Shown: one piece after another, positions 1 to 11,562 of the stretch
Layout: each line of letters begins with the position of its first letter
Numbering within the stretch: position 1 is the stretch's first letter
Assembly (NCBI RefSeq): GCF_001186125.1
Contig: NW_014040478.1
Span: forward strand, 135,627 to 168,921
Direction: 5' to 3'
DNA: 33,295 bases
DNA from: Sphaeroforma arctica JP610
Taxonomy: Eukaryota
The notes under the pieces: model-generated
Databases searched by the model: none
The model's input: the letters and a program-made list of their open reading frames with translations, nothing else
What the model was told of the DNA's origin: nothing
Made by a program: the position numbers and the translations under genes

Positions 1-50
<50 letters not shown>

Positions 51-51
51 G

Positions 52-121
<70 letters not shown>

Positions 122-160
122 ATATATGTATATATATTTAAGTGTATGTGTGTTTATATG
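1..160. repeat. (TA)n/(TG)n microsatellite, intronic in the kelch gene
   Basis: Directly visible dinucleotide runs. Confidence 0.95.
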
Positions 161-280
161 TTTACTAACTTTACGTTTGTGCTCTATATACATTATTATA
201 CTCAACTAGTATGAACCAACCATTTTGATAATTGAGAAAGAAATATTTCTTACACAACTATATATCTGTCCACACAGTAC

Positions 281-598
281 CTCTTTCTTATCGATGTTAA
301 ATCTCCATGTATCCTTACGATAGTCGGAACCGACATCTTTGTCATGGTGGTGGTATTTGTACCCATGAGTTATAAATAGATTCTTATTCGCAACCACCGC
401 CGCATGATCGTAGCGTACCGATGGTATGCCGGCAGGGGGATTGGGGCTTCCTGATGTGGGAGGTATGTTGGCAAATAATTCAGCCCATATAACAGACTCG
501 CCCATGGACATGGCGAGATATGTTGAAGTTAGTAGGAATACGACTCCAATACGTAAGGAACTTTTGTTTATTCTTATTAAATATGGATGATAGAACAT
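281..598 (-). CDS. Kelch-repeat protein with N-terminal signal peptide or anchor; first coding exon only, gene continues off the left end
   Basis: Hydrophobic leader (IGVVFLLTSTYLAMSMG) followed by a kelch-type blade PSVRYDHAAVVANKNLFITHGY...DTWRFNIDKKE. Donor GAG|GTACTG at 281/280. The start codon is uncertain. Confidence 0.75.
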
Positions 599-1379
599 GT
601 ATATATGTATATATATCTATACAAAAAGAAAACCCCCCGACCATATTCAACAAGGTCTATGTTACTGATCTGTGTCGATATAGATTCTGCCGACCTAGGG
701 TTTCTAGGGTTATTTATATATCCGTCGATGCGTCGATATATTCAACGCGAATATATATTTTATCGTATACACAATATGCATATAAGTTACCGACTGCACA
801 GAAAAGTGGGGCCACTTCACATTACATAAGTGTATTTGAATAGTATACTGTACCTTTGAAGTGATGACGCAACAGAAAGGGCCTCGGTGGGTTGGTTTCT
901 TGGTATGTACGTCAATCTCAACACTTGAGAATAGATGGCTGTGTATTCGCAATCTTCTGCTTTGCGTGCAGCCTGTGAAAGTTTGCATATCGATTTAATT
1001 AAAAAGAATATTACAGTGGATAAACCGCGCTATACTACTGCTTGGAATATATGTATTCTTTCCTCGAACATGTTTCAAATATTCTTTGTATATCGATTTT
1101 CGAGGAAAAGTCACTGTAAAATGTTGGTATATGTGTGAGTGTGTGTACGTGTTTACGTGCTTACGTATATAGCTGATTCTAGAGACTTACTTAGCTGTAT
1201 TTTCACGACGTGAATAATCAACTTAAAAAATCTCGTTAAGGATGGTATAACACCTATCCTTCGAATTATGGTCTTTGCTGAATGTGTCGATATGAGTGAA
1301 GATCAATTAGTGTTCTCTGTCGTGCAGAACACTAAGTAAAACAGACTCATGACCAGTTTGTGTATCATTCGAGGTTGCT

Positions 1380-1790
1380 TTCGCACGTCGAATTATACTG
1401 AGGCTCGGTGGTGTATTACGGGTACGATAAGGGTACTGTCGATATACAGGATTACAATGCTATCTAGTGGGTCTCCGATTAGATATCTACGAGAAATTTG
1501 TAAATGTATATCAATTGCTATGTTGTGAGTGGCTTGCTTTGTCTAAGCCATACTTTAAATGCGAATATTTTGTGAAGCTATACAGCTCATCAACGCTCAC
1601 TTAGTAAATTCAACATACCTGTACGAGTCGCAACTATACAAGGCCTGATTAGCCACACCCAGTTTTATTTCGGTACAGTGGTTTTGTACAATTATTGGTC
1701 ACCTTCATCTGGCGTGCAAGTAGCACAGGGGGATAAGACGAATATTGTGCGCATCATCTCCGCGATACATGAACCATTGTATCATGTTCA
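1380..1790 (-). mobile_element. Highly degenerate LTR-retrotransposon (Ty3/Gypsy-like) reverse transcriptase relic
   Basis: Frameshifted minus-strand fragments in RT order: SSYPPVLLAR (~SPVLLVxK), LYKTTVP (~LNKxTVP), VDELYSFTKYSHLKYG (~IDEL..KYFS.LDLKSG), LDSIVILYIDSTLIV (~VIVYIDDILI). Judged by eye only. Confidence 0.4.
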
Positions 1791-2660
1791 AAATGCCCGC
1801 TACCCACAAACACGTATACACTAGTGCATCTAAGTATTGCTCATTTACTTCTGCGGCCTTCATTCTCGTAGATACTTTATTCGATATTTCTAAGGTGTTG
1901 CTGGTCTATTTTGATTGTTCAGACGCTGTTTGGTGTTGGACTTTCAAAGCGGCCACGCACTCGTTTGTTACGTGTGTGCTCACCAATTCATGGCAGAGCC
2001 TGTTTTGATAACGCATTGGTATCGTACACATATGCATCTTTAACTATGTATCTCTTGATACACAGTGTGTAGTATAGATTTTTGCACCAGTAACCTCTAT
2101 TTTGCAGAGGTTTGCGCCACTGTATTTAGTCAGTCTCGGAACGGTTAGATTAAAATATTATTGATCGTTGAAAGTTTGTACAGCTATCACGTGATTGGAG
2201 CCGCTAGAATTCAGAATATGGGGTTTGGGTTATGTATATTAGACAAAAGGTTGTCTGACCTATCGTGTGACTTATTGACGTGCTCTGCCGCAATGAAATC
2301 TGTGATGGAATGGAATGAGCACCTGGCTCTTGCGAATACGTGTCCAAGACAGCAACTTAACACAGCAATATACTTTTAGAACACTTTTAATAGCTCTCGT
2401 TTGAAAAAATATAGGACCATCAAATCCCATGACATAGGCGTACCAAATCAATGACATCTCTGAACACTTTTTATATCACGCAGATGGGCTGTGCGATTGG
2501 CGGCATGACGGGGGTATACCTGTCACAGAATCATCAGGTACGCACGATTCACCTAAATTCGACCGCTTTCGCTCTTAATTTAGTTTTCTATTGTGTATCG
2601 GTATTGATACGCACTATAGTTAATGCATAGATTGCAATTGATTCAACTGGAAGTGTATAG

Positions 2661-3055
2661 CTGCCACTTTTCTTTATAATCTTGTTGTTTAAGTAGACTG
2701 GTGCATTGTGCTCTGGTTTTGACTGAATTGTTGGTCATATTCTGCTTTGTGTACAATCTCTGCAATGTATAGTAGTGATCAGCGCTAGATGAAGGCATAG
2801 CTGCGCTTGGTCAAACTATATATATATGTCTGCCACTATTGTAGTAGTTGTCTCAAGTGGACTGTTGCAATATGTTTTGCAATTGACAATTAATGCTCTT
2901 ACTTTGCTTTTGCTTTGGGCACAGTCTTCATAGTGTATAGTAGCGATAAACACTACAAGGAATGTACAGCTTGCGCTTGGTCTCAGTGTAGATGTCAACC
3001 TGCCGCCGTATTGTTTGCTCTGCTGTCCTTAGTGGACTTGTGCATTGTGTTCAGC
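2661..3055. repeat. Degenerate tandem repeat, period about 170 bp, about 2.3 copies
   Basis: ctgccac/ctgccgc anchors at about 2661, 2830 and 3000. Shared blocks agt(a/g)gact..tgca, tgtatagtag(t/c)gat and tgcgcttggtc recur at the same spacing. Confidence 0.7.
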
Positions 3056-5044
3056 ATTAAACTTATTTTTGCTCATCAAACGGTCACCTCTCCACATGAT
3101 TGCCCCTAACCCTGCGCGCCGCTTAGTGAGCTGTATAACATTAGTTGTCTGTATTCTCGTCCCATTGGAGTTCGATAACTTTTCTCTAGTTCTACAACTA
3201 GTACACAACTAGCTGCTTAGTTTTGATCCTTGTGAGATTTTATGAACATAGAATGACTCTAGATTTATTTAAAAATAAGACGGTACTTATCTATCTTATT
3301 TCCATGTCACTCGACTCCGTACATTTTCATGGTCGGTTTTGGATAAGTCCATTGCGTTGGGACTTATATACTGAATGTGTACGGCTGAACGTGTACATTT
3401 AAATCTCCACTACATAGGTACCAAACATCAGACAAGCGTACGACGAATTCATGGACAAGATCAATGCTTCAGCGGGCAGGCACAGCAACAAATAATTCCG
3501 CGCACGCAGATGTCCGTATCACATGCCGTGCAATCGGGAGTTGTCTCAAATGCGATTCCGAGGGACTGTTTTATGTAGCGTCGTCTGTGCTCAGCCGTAG
3601 TTTTTAATTTTGTGGACATACTTATGGCTGATCATTCAAAACGCCCCACTGACTGGGAAGCCGCCCAAGCTCCCAGATCAATTCTTTCTCATGAGATGCT
3701 TCTGTATCATCACACAACCATGCCGTTATTGTCAGGCAAGGGCTCATACATTGAGTAGGAGATTGATATACAATACTACAAATCATATACACGCGAGAGT
3801 CTGCATTTTATTGTCTGTTAATGTAATGATTAACTTTCATGACTATTAAGGGATACGCGCAGTGGCGAAGACCAGACGAAAAGCCTTTTTGATGTGCCCT
3901 ATAATCAATAAATACATACATGCATTTGAACTGTTGCCAACGTGATCTTGCCCAAGTCAGTATCTTGATTGTCATTCATTGTATATTGGTCACCTTGCAA
4001 CTTCATTCTTTATCGTACGGTAGTTCTCGAAATAGGCCTTGTCGTATGAGTGCGTGAACAGACACGCGGAATCCTGATACCATTGCAAATTGGCGAAGCA
4101 TATGGGGTTATGCAGAAGAATTTACCGTATACACACAGACTAGACTAGCCCATACACACGGATTTTAATAAACGATAGATTCAAATATAGCATACACCGA
4201 TAAATATCGCTCGTATGTGATTATATCAAATTGGGCTTCGCAACCATAATATCATGCCGGCAGCCGGTATGGAAAATTATACCACTTTCGAGACACAATA
4301 CGTATTATCTGCTAGTGTATGAATGTGTACATCTATCAGCGTAGAAGGATGGTATAACGTCCAGTCTAAAATTCTAAATATTCATTTTTGTTCTTCCCTA
4401 GAGTGTGTACTTTTTGCACTTTATGTGTTGAATATCGTATGTTGATAGGTATTAAGAGTATATTTACGTAAATATCATTTAGATCTCGAGTTCTTTGTCT
4501 ACTACAATAACAACATACATAAGTATCTAAATAAAATAGAGATAAATAGAGCGACAAGACTAGAGACGAGGGCTAAAAATATGACTACAGCGGGCGTGCA
4601 GAACATATAGACTCTACTGCGTACTTGAAAAACTGTGAATTGCTGACACAGGCACGCAAGACGCAGACACTCAACTCATTGCTACCAATCCAGCCGAGCG
4701 ATTTGCGACCAGAGACAAAGGTAAACAAATATTTACGTGTGTCTATAGGCTATACTATGTCTATAATATGAAGTCTATATAACTGGCAGACGCTAGCCTT
4801 CTTCTTGTAATATTTAGGCAAAACTCAAAACTGGACCTTAATATTTTTTTGTTTTGTTTTTTAAAAAACAAATGAAAATAATAATAAAATATAATTTATT
4901 ATCAAACAAAAAGACGCGCATTTTGGGGTGTTTGGGGGGGGGGGGGCTATTTTTCTTGTTAATTTTTTATAAAAAAGCTCCTTTTTTATTTTCCTTTTTT
5001 AAAAACAAATATAAATAGACAAAAAAAGCTTATCGCCGAAAAAT

Positions 5045-5050
5045 CACGTG
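5045..5050 (+). promoter_or_regulatory. Canonical E-box CACGTG about 200 bp upstream of the ACL4-like start
   Basis: The motif is seen directly. Function is inferred from the known Myc/Max E-box enrichment at ribosome-biogenesis genes in holozoans. Confidence 0.4.
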
Positions 5051-5245
5051 GACGATTGAACAGCTTTTCGTCATGGTAAAAAATATATACAACATACCGA
5101 CATAGTAAAAAAAAATTCATCAAAGTTGGAATCAGCGTCATTTGCGAGGGGAAGTGCACGGGGGTTACTATTTTCAGAAGACAACGAAAGAGGCAAAGAA
5201 CACGGACAGCACAACTAAATATTAGACGGTACCCACAGAGCAACC

Positions 5246-5476
5246 ATGTCGAAGAGAAGCGGTGTCAAATCGGCACCTAAGAATATTACAAACAAGCCCA
5301 CATTCACCTGCGACTCGCTATTAGACAAGGCCGAGGAGTGTGTTTCCAATCTACAGTATGATCTCGCTCAGAAGTTCTGTGAGCGGGCACTGACAGCAGA
5401 TGGTAACAGCACACGTGGTTTAGAAATTATGGCGACGATATTGCTGGAACAAGACGACCCAGAAAATGCGCATCCA
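5246..5476 (+). CDS. ACL4: TPR protein, assembly chaperone of Rpl4 (ACL4-like); first coding exon, remainder lost in or after the assembly gap
   Basis: DSLLDKAEECVSNLQYDLAQKFCERALTADGNSTRGLEIMATILLE matches the ACL4-family N-terminal TPR. ATG in good context (caaccATG). 77 codons, then donor CCA|GTAAGT at 5477. Confidence 0.75.
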
Positions 5477-5702
5477 GTAAGTGTGTATGTTCAAATATCT
5501 CCGAAGATAGTCATAGATCAAGTTCGCGTGTTCTTTTATTATTCATATAAACATATAAAAGCTATGTGGGTGTTTTGTTTCTTCATTGATAAACGATCGA
5601 TTGCACCTCTGAATATAATTTGTAATGCCAAGAATGGATAGCTATTTGACCAGTATTACGAATGGAAAATTGGGCCACTTAAATCGAGAAAAAAACGATA
5701 GT

Positions 5703-5706
5703 ATAT

Positions 5707-5770
<64 letters not shown>

Positions 5771-5846
5771 ATTTATTATTTATTATTNTTATATATATAT
5801 ATATGTAGTTGTTGTAGTGTTGTAGTNNNNNNNNNNNNNNNNNNNN

Positions 5847-5883
<37 letters not shown>

Positions 5884-6328
5884 TTACTATATATAAATAT
5901 ATATTATATATATATATATATATATTGTATATATATCCAAATATATATTATATAAATATGTATTGTATATATATCCAAATATGTATTTATGAATGTATAT
6001 ATATATATTATGTATACATTGTATATATATCCATATATATATATATACATATATACATATATATATATATGTTATATATATATATGTGTGTGTATATGTA
6101 TGTGTTGTGTAAGGGTGAGAATGTGTGTTCGTACATATATATTGATATATTTATAGATATGAATATATATGTGTGAGTGTTTGTATGGTGTGTGTGTGTG
6201 TAAATACATACATATAGGTATCTATAGAAACTTGCGTGTGCCGACGCATGTGCAAGTGTACGTGTGTATGTACTAATATTTATATATATATATATATATA
6301 TAAATATATATATTATATAGACATATAT

Positions 6329-6365
<37 letters not shown>

Positions 6366-6435
6366 GATATATAGATATATAAATATATTTGCATATATAC
6401 ATATATATATATATATATATAGATATATATATATA
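5703..6435. repeat. (TA)n-rich microsatellite/low-complexity block containing the scaffold gap
   Basis: Directly visible. The YIYI/ICIY ORFs here are artefacts. Confidence 0.95.
5827..5846. other. Assembly gap (20 N)
   Basis: Run of N. Confidence 1.
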
Positions 6436-7211
6436 CGAAAGCACGTGGCGTTACTTACGTTAATGTTTGTTTGTATATGCGCATTTTCAGATGGACGTAA
6501 ACAATATACTTGTATCAACAGGGAATTACATGCTTTGGAGATCATTGCTGTTTTTCTCATATCAATTTTTAACACGTGGAAATAAAAAGGCATAGCTGCA
6601 ATTTGATCGTAATATTTTTGAATTTCTTAACTCTACTACATATGAGGTGTATAAGCGGAAGAGTAGAAATATATGCTTATTCGCGTAATATTCACTTATG
6701 TGCGTATGGTGTTCACTGTATGAATGAAAGTGCATACTCTTGTATTGATGTGTAGAAGCATATGAAATTATAGAGAGAGGTGTCTATAGCTAGTGATGTA
6801 TCCATCCAGGGGTCCGAGAATTGTTGTACGTGATTTTTCACACGATTTTGATACGTACCCTTTATACATTTTCATCGTCTAGTGCGCACCGGTACTTCAC
6901 AATATTTGACCATTGCGCTAGGCCACATGAAACAAGACTGCTAGCTTGATAGCCCTTCCCAGCCCATTTGAAACTATACGAATGCGTATACACCCTGTGT
7001 CCCCTCTAATTCGCGCATTTCATATTATGATTCATGCTAAGCAGTATATGCTGGATCCAATTCCAATCCAAGCAAGCTCGGTGCACCGTGTCCGTACAAC
7101 ACTCTGCCGCGCTCAAAATATATATTCAGTTTACTTCATATCTTCTTATCTATTTCCCATTCGCTTGTATCTGCCCAGCAGAGTCTAAACCCTCACGCCA
7201 CGGCCACCCCC

Positions 7212-10200
7212 TCAGAGCGGCTTCTCTGCCGTCGAGGGTGTGGCTTCTAACGGCGTACCCACACGCACTATATTGGACACAAGCTTCAGTTTATCGGGCG
7301 GGGCATTCTCACTGACTGCACTTGTACTACTATACGGTGCCGGGGCTGCCGCACTGGATACCTGTGGCTGCTGAGTGGTAGTGGTTGTCGGTTGTTGTGG
7401 GGCCGGTGCGGTTGGTTGCTGTATGGTGATGGTTTGCTGGGCTAGTTGGACTTGTGTGGTGCGCGATGGATCGCCTGTAGCCGCCGTGGTAGAGACTGAA
7501 TAGGCCGGCGCTTTGTTCGCCAACCCGGTGGATGGTTGGGCGGAGCGGTACACTGTTGGGATGGGAAGGTGAGGTGGGACACTTGAGACAACAAGCACTC
7601 GGATGAATGCGCAGCAAAGTGAAATTGGGGTGATCACTTTAGCAATTGGAACTTAAGTGGTCACTAAATTGATTATAATTGAGGTGTGAACACAGTTCAT
7701 TGTCAAATGAAACTGAGGTGATCACTAAATTAATTGGAAGTCAGACAGTCCGTACAATTGGCACATACACCAACCGCAGCCCATGGCAAGACATATAACC
7801 ACGCCCACCACCCTTACAAATCATTCATAGCCAATTTCTATATTCGCAAACGTTCACAAAAAAAAAGGAGTCTAGCCAGCACAATCACCTAGATCTCGTA
7901 TCTGCCTTTGCGTTTGTCCGCCGATGACTGGGACAGGTGCCTTGCTCAGCTCTTTCTGGGCTTCTCCACTGACTGCTCTATTGATTTCGGTCAGCACCGT
8001 GGTGGGGCTTTCCCCGAGCGTATACTTCAGCCCAGAGTTGCCGGGATGGCCGCCGCGTATCGCATTGGCCTGTAATGCCGGTAGGATGAAATTGTTGTTA
8101 TTGATTCCGTTGCTTGGTGGTTCAGATGTTGAGTGTGCCATTGTCACCAAAAGCACAGACGGGCATGTATGCACAGGCAACGAGTACAGGCCGATATTTA
8201 GTGCAACAACTACGAGTGGGACTTCTCATAGTAGCCGGGTGCTGGCACTGCTGAGTGAAAACGTACCGGAATATGTCGGTTGCCTGAGCCATCGCCTTCG
8301 CCAAACAATCGCCGCCCACTATTCATTGGCGACACGAACACTCGGTGGTTGTTCGATACCTGTGGCGGAAGGGAGAGATGATGTTCGTGGATGTTTAACA
8401 AAACGCTTGCGATAGAATGGATGGATGGTGCCTATCAAACGCTAGAATCGACGCGAAGGTGCAGCACAAGACCAAGGGTCTAAAGCCCAGCTTGTACAGA
8501 TCCAACTATCAGTTAGAATGGACCGTAAGAAACGTACCGGATGTTTTGTACTGGGTGAAGACCACAGCGCTTGCAGACGCTTCGACAGGGGACACGTGGC
8601 TGTGCCCGCATGTAAGCTCTCCAATGATTGCTGCGATTTAAAAGGTTGGATGATTCAATTTAAGACTACATTGTCACAAAATTTGACCAGAAATAAATAT
8701 ATGATATCGCATTCAACAACAGATACGTGACGGCATATGCGATTGCTGGTGCAAATAAACAACATTTTAATAATCGAGAAAAAGCTTGTGCCTCCGCGTC
8801 GTATGACGTAATCAGGTTGACGCATGCCTATACAAAGCGAACGATGGGACTCAATACAGGCCAATGCACACTTAAACAACTCATCTTCTCACCTCAGATA
8901 CTTCCAGGATACTTGTACCCATGCATTTACAATACACTTCGTTATAAAATTGAATGATTGTCCCTCTGTAGTGATAGAGATGAAAATTGTTCAGGTCAGG
9001 TACGGATTGAATATGTGGCACTTTAGTGTGTGAACCAACACATTTACCGAGGGACATGCGGAGGAAAAGCTCGAAACCCTTCCATTTTGTTCGGAAACGA
9101 CTCAAAACTATAACCCAGATCTGAAATACAGGGCATCGACTGAATGACCCAATCATACAATCATACACCACAATGAGAAATGCACAGATGATACAGTCAT
9201 ACTTCTTCCCGTCCTTCAAGAGAGCTGCTCTGAAGGTATTGTTGTCCACATCGGGCTGTTTCCTGTAGCACGCGACTATCTTCTTGAAGGCACACTCCTC
9301 TATCTTGAGCGTCTTCCCCACCGCAAACAACGCACACAGCAGGATCTGATCCAGGTGTCGGTCAATCATGATCTCAATGTGTGTGCAGAGTGTGTCTTCA
9401 ATCAGCCGCCACACTCGCGGTTGGATCTCTATTTGACTGATGCCCAGTGCATCGCACAATTCCTCAAGTCTTATGTACATTAAATTGTAGACCTGACACC
9501 GCGCAATGTGTAGAAGAAACAAGGTGGATGAGTTCACGCGCAATGTGTAGAAGAAACAAGGTGGATGAGTTCACGCGCTATGTATAACATGTGGCGTATG
9601 CACAGCGATGACATTCAAGCAGGCTATAGTCAAACACCACATACATCAACATTCAGTCCTAGAACAAATCAGCAATAACATCGAATTAAAGTCGCGATAA
9701 CAGCTGTGAATTTCCAGTCAGCACAAGTGACATGCGCCGTTCCTATCTATGCCCAGCGGCTCAATTTATTGCACAATGAGACAGCCACATAATAGAGTAG
9801 ACAAGGCTGGTATATACCATGAAAAGGGTGAGGATAGGATGTCAACGCACCGCAAACGATGCAAATTGCAAATGCAAACGCAGAAACTTGCCAACGCCCT
9901 ACCTTCCTGAGTATGAGCTGCACTCCCTTGTTGGCCACCCTGGACGGGTCCGTAGCTGTAGTGTCTGTGGTGGTGGTCAGAGTGGTTGTTGACACTGCTT
10001 CGGGTACCTTTGTCACAGATTGGGTCTGCGCTTGGGGCTGCGCTGGGGCTGGGGGTAGGCCGGTGTTGGTGTGCGCCACAGTGAGCAACGTGTTGATGGT
10101 TTCTGTGGCTGTGGGTGACAGGGTCCGACTTGAGGCATCGGCCACAATACCCGGTACGACGGCCTGGGTAGGTACAGGGGACGTACATGGATGTGGTTAT

Positions 10201-11516
10201 GAGTTCATAGAGTAGAGTGCAGGCTCACGCTATGGTATCTCAGATAAACTACGGTATTTTAGATGAACAAAAAATATATACCAAATACACGTAAACGACA
10301 TGTCAGGAATGGAGTGCCAAGTTTTAGATTATTTCCGACAAACCAGTGAAACCTATCATATACACGTCAAGGACATGTACCAGAAGCTCGGGAATGGCGT
10401 GATAATTGTGTATGGTGAATATATACACATATACATACCCCGGGTGGCGGTGCTGCGGACACGGATTGTGAGTAAGATACTGGGGTGGATGTGATGGCAG
10501 CTACGGCACCAGTGTTGCCGACACCGGCACTGGTATTCTCGGTTTTATTCACTGTTTTTTTGGCCCGCATGCGGCTCTGTGATGGAGGGGCACAGTCTAC
10601 CCATCGAGGAACATCCTGAACGGGTATTGGCCGTGTGGGTGTGTGTGTGGGTTAGAGGGAAAGTAGGGTAGGTCAGTTTCTAGCTGTGTCACTGCAAATA
10701 ATCAACACAATTGTCTGTTATTCGACCCATGTTAATATCGACTTATACCGATATAAAACGGGTGATAGATATTGAAACATCGTAATGTGTAAGTGATAGG
10801 TCAGCAAACACCGTACCTTGTCCTTAAGCTCCTCGTATATTTTGCCACCGCTGACCCAGATCATACTGGCTAACATTTGTTCTTCGATGTGAGCCAAATG
10901 CTTAAGCATACTTCTGGTGAGCCGGCTTTCAGCCCGTACAAAACTCTCCGGAACCTGGAAGTGGTGAAGAATGATCAAATTGATGGGGCAAAAATGAGAC
11001 TTGAGCAGGTGGAGAGTGAAGTCACAACTTGAGGGCCACTATATATGTGTAACATGTGCAGTCAAAGCTGATGTACTTAGTCAGAATTCACGTATACATA
11101 TATATTGAAACATACCCTGATATATATATATATATACATACATATATATACATATATACATACATATATATATATACATACATATATATATATAAATATA
11201 TATATGTGTGTGTATTAATCTGTATATATGTCCATTATATATGTATTTATATGTATATGTATATGTATATATATAGATATATGTCTGTTTGTATTTCTAT
11301 ATAGATACGTATTAATACATATATATGTAGACAGATGGATTTATCAACACATTTATATATATGCGCATATATATATATATATATTCATATATGTGCATAT
11401 ATATGTATATGTATATGTATATATATGAATGCATGTATGAATGTATTTATTTATGTACAGATATATATATATATATATTTGTGTGTGTGTGTCTATGTTT
11501 ATATATATACGTAATA

Positions 11517-11562
<46 letters not shown>

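Noticed and set aside
1237..4360. 14-bp match aaggatggtataac at ~1238 and ~4346 as possible element ends or LTRs
   Set aside because: Similarity does not extend on either side.
5625..6593. ORFs rich in YIYI/ICIY (also 11056-11809 and 33045-33295)
   Set aside because: Translations of TA/TG microsatellites, not genes.
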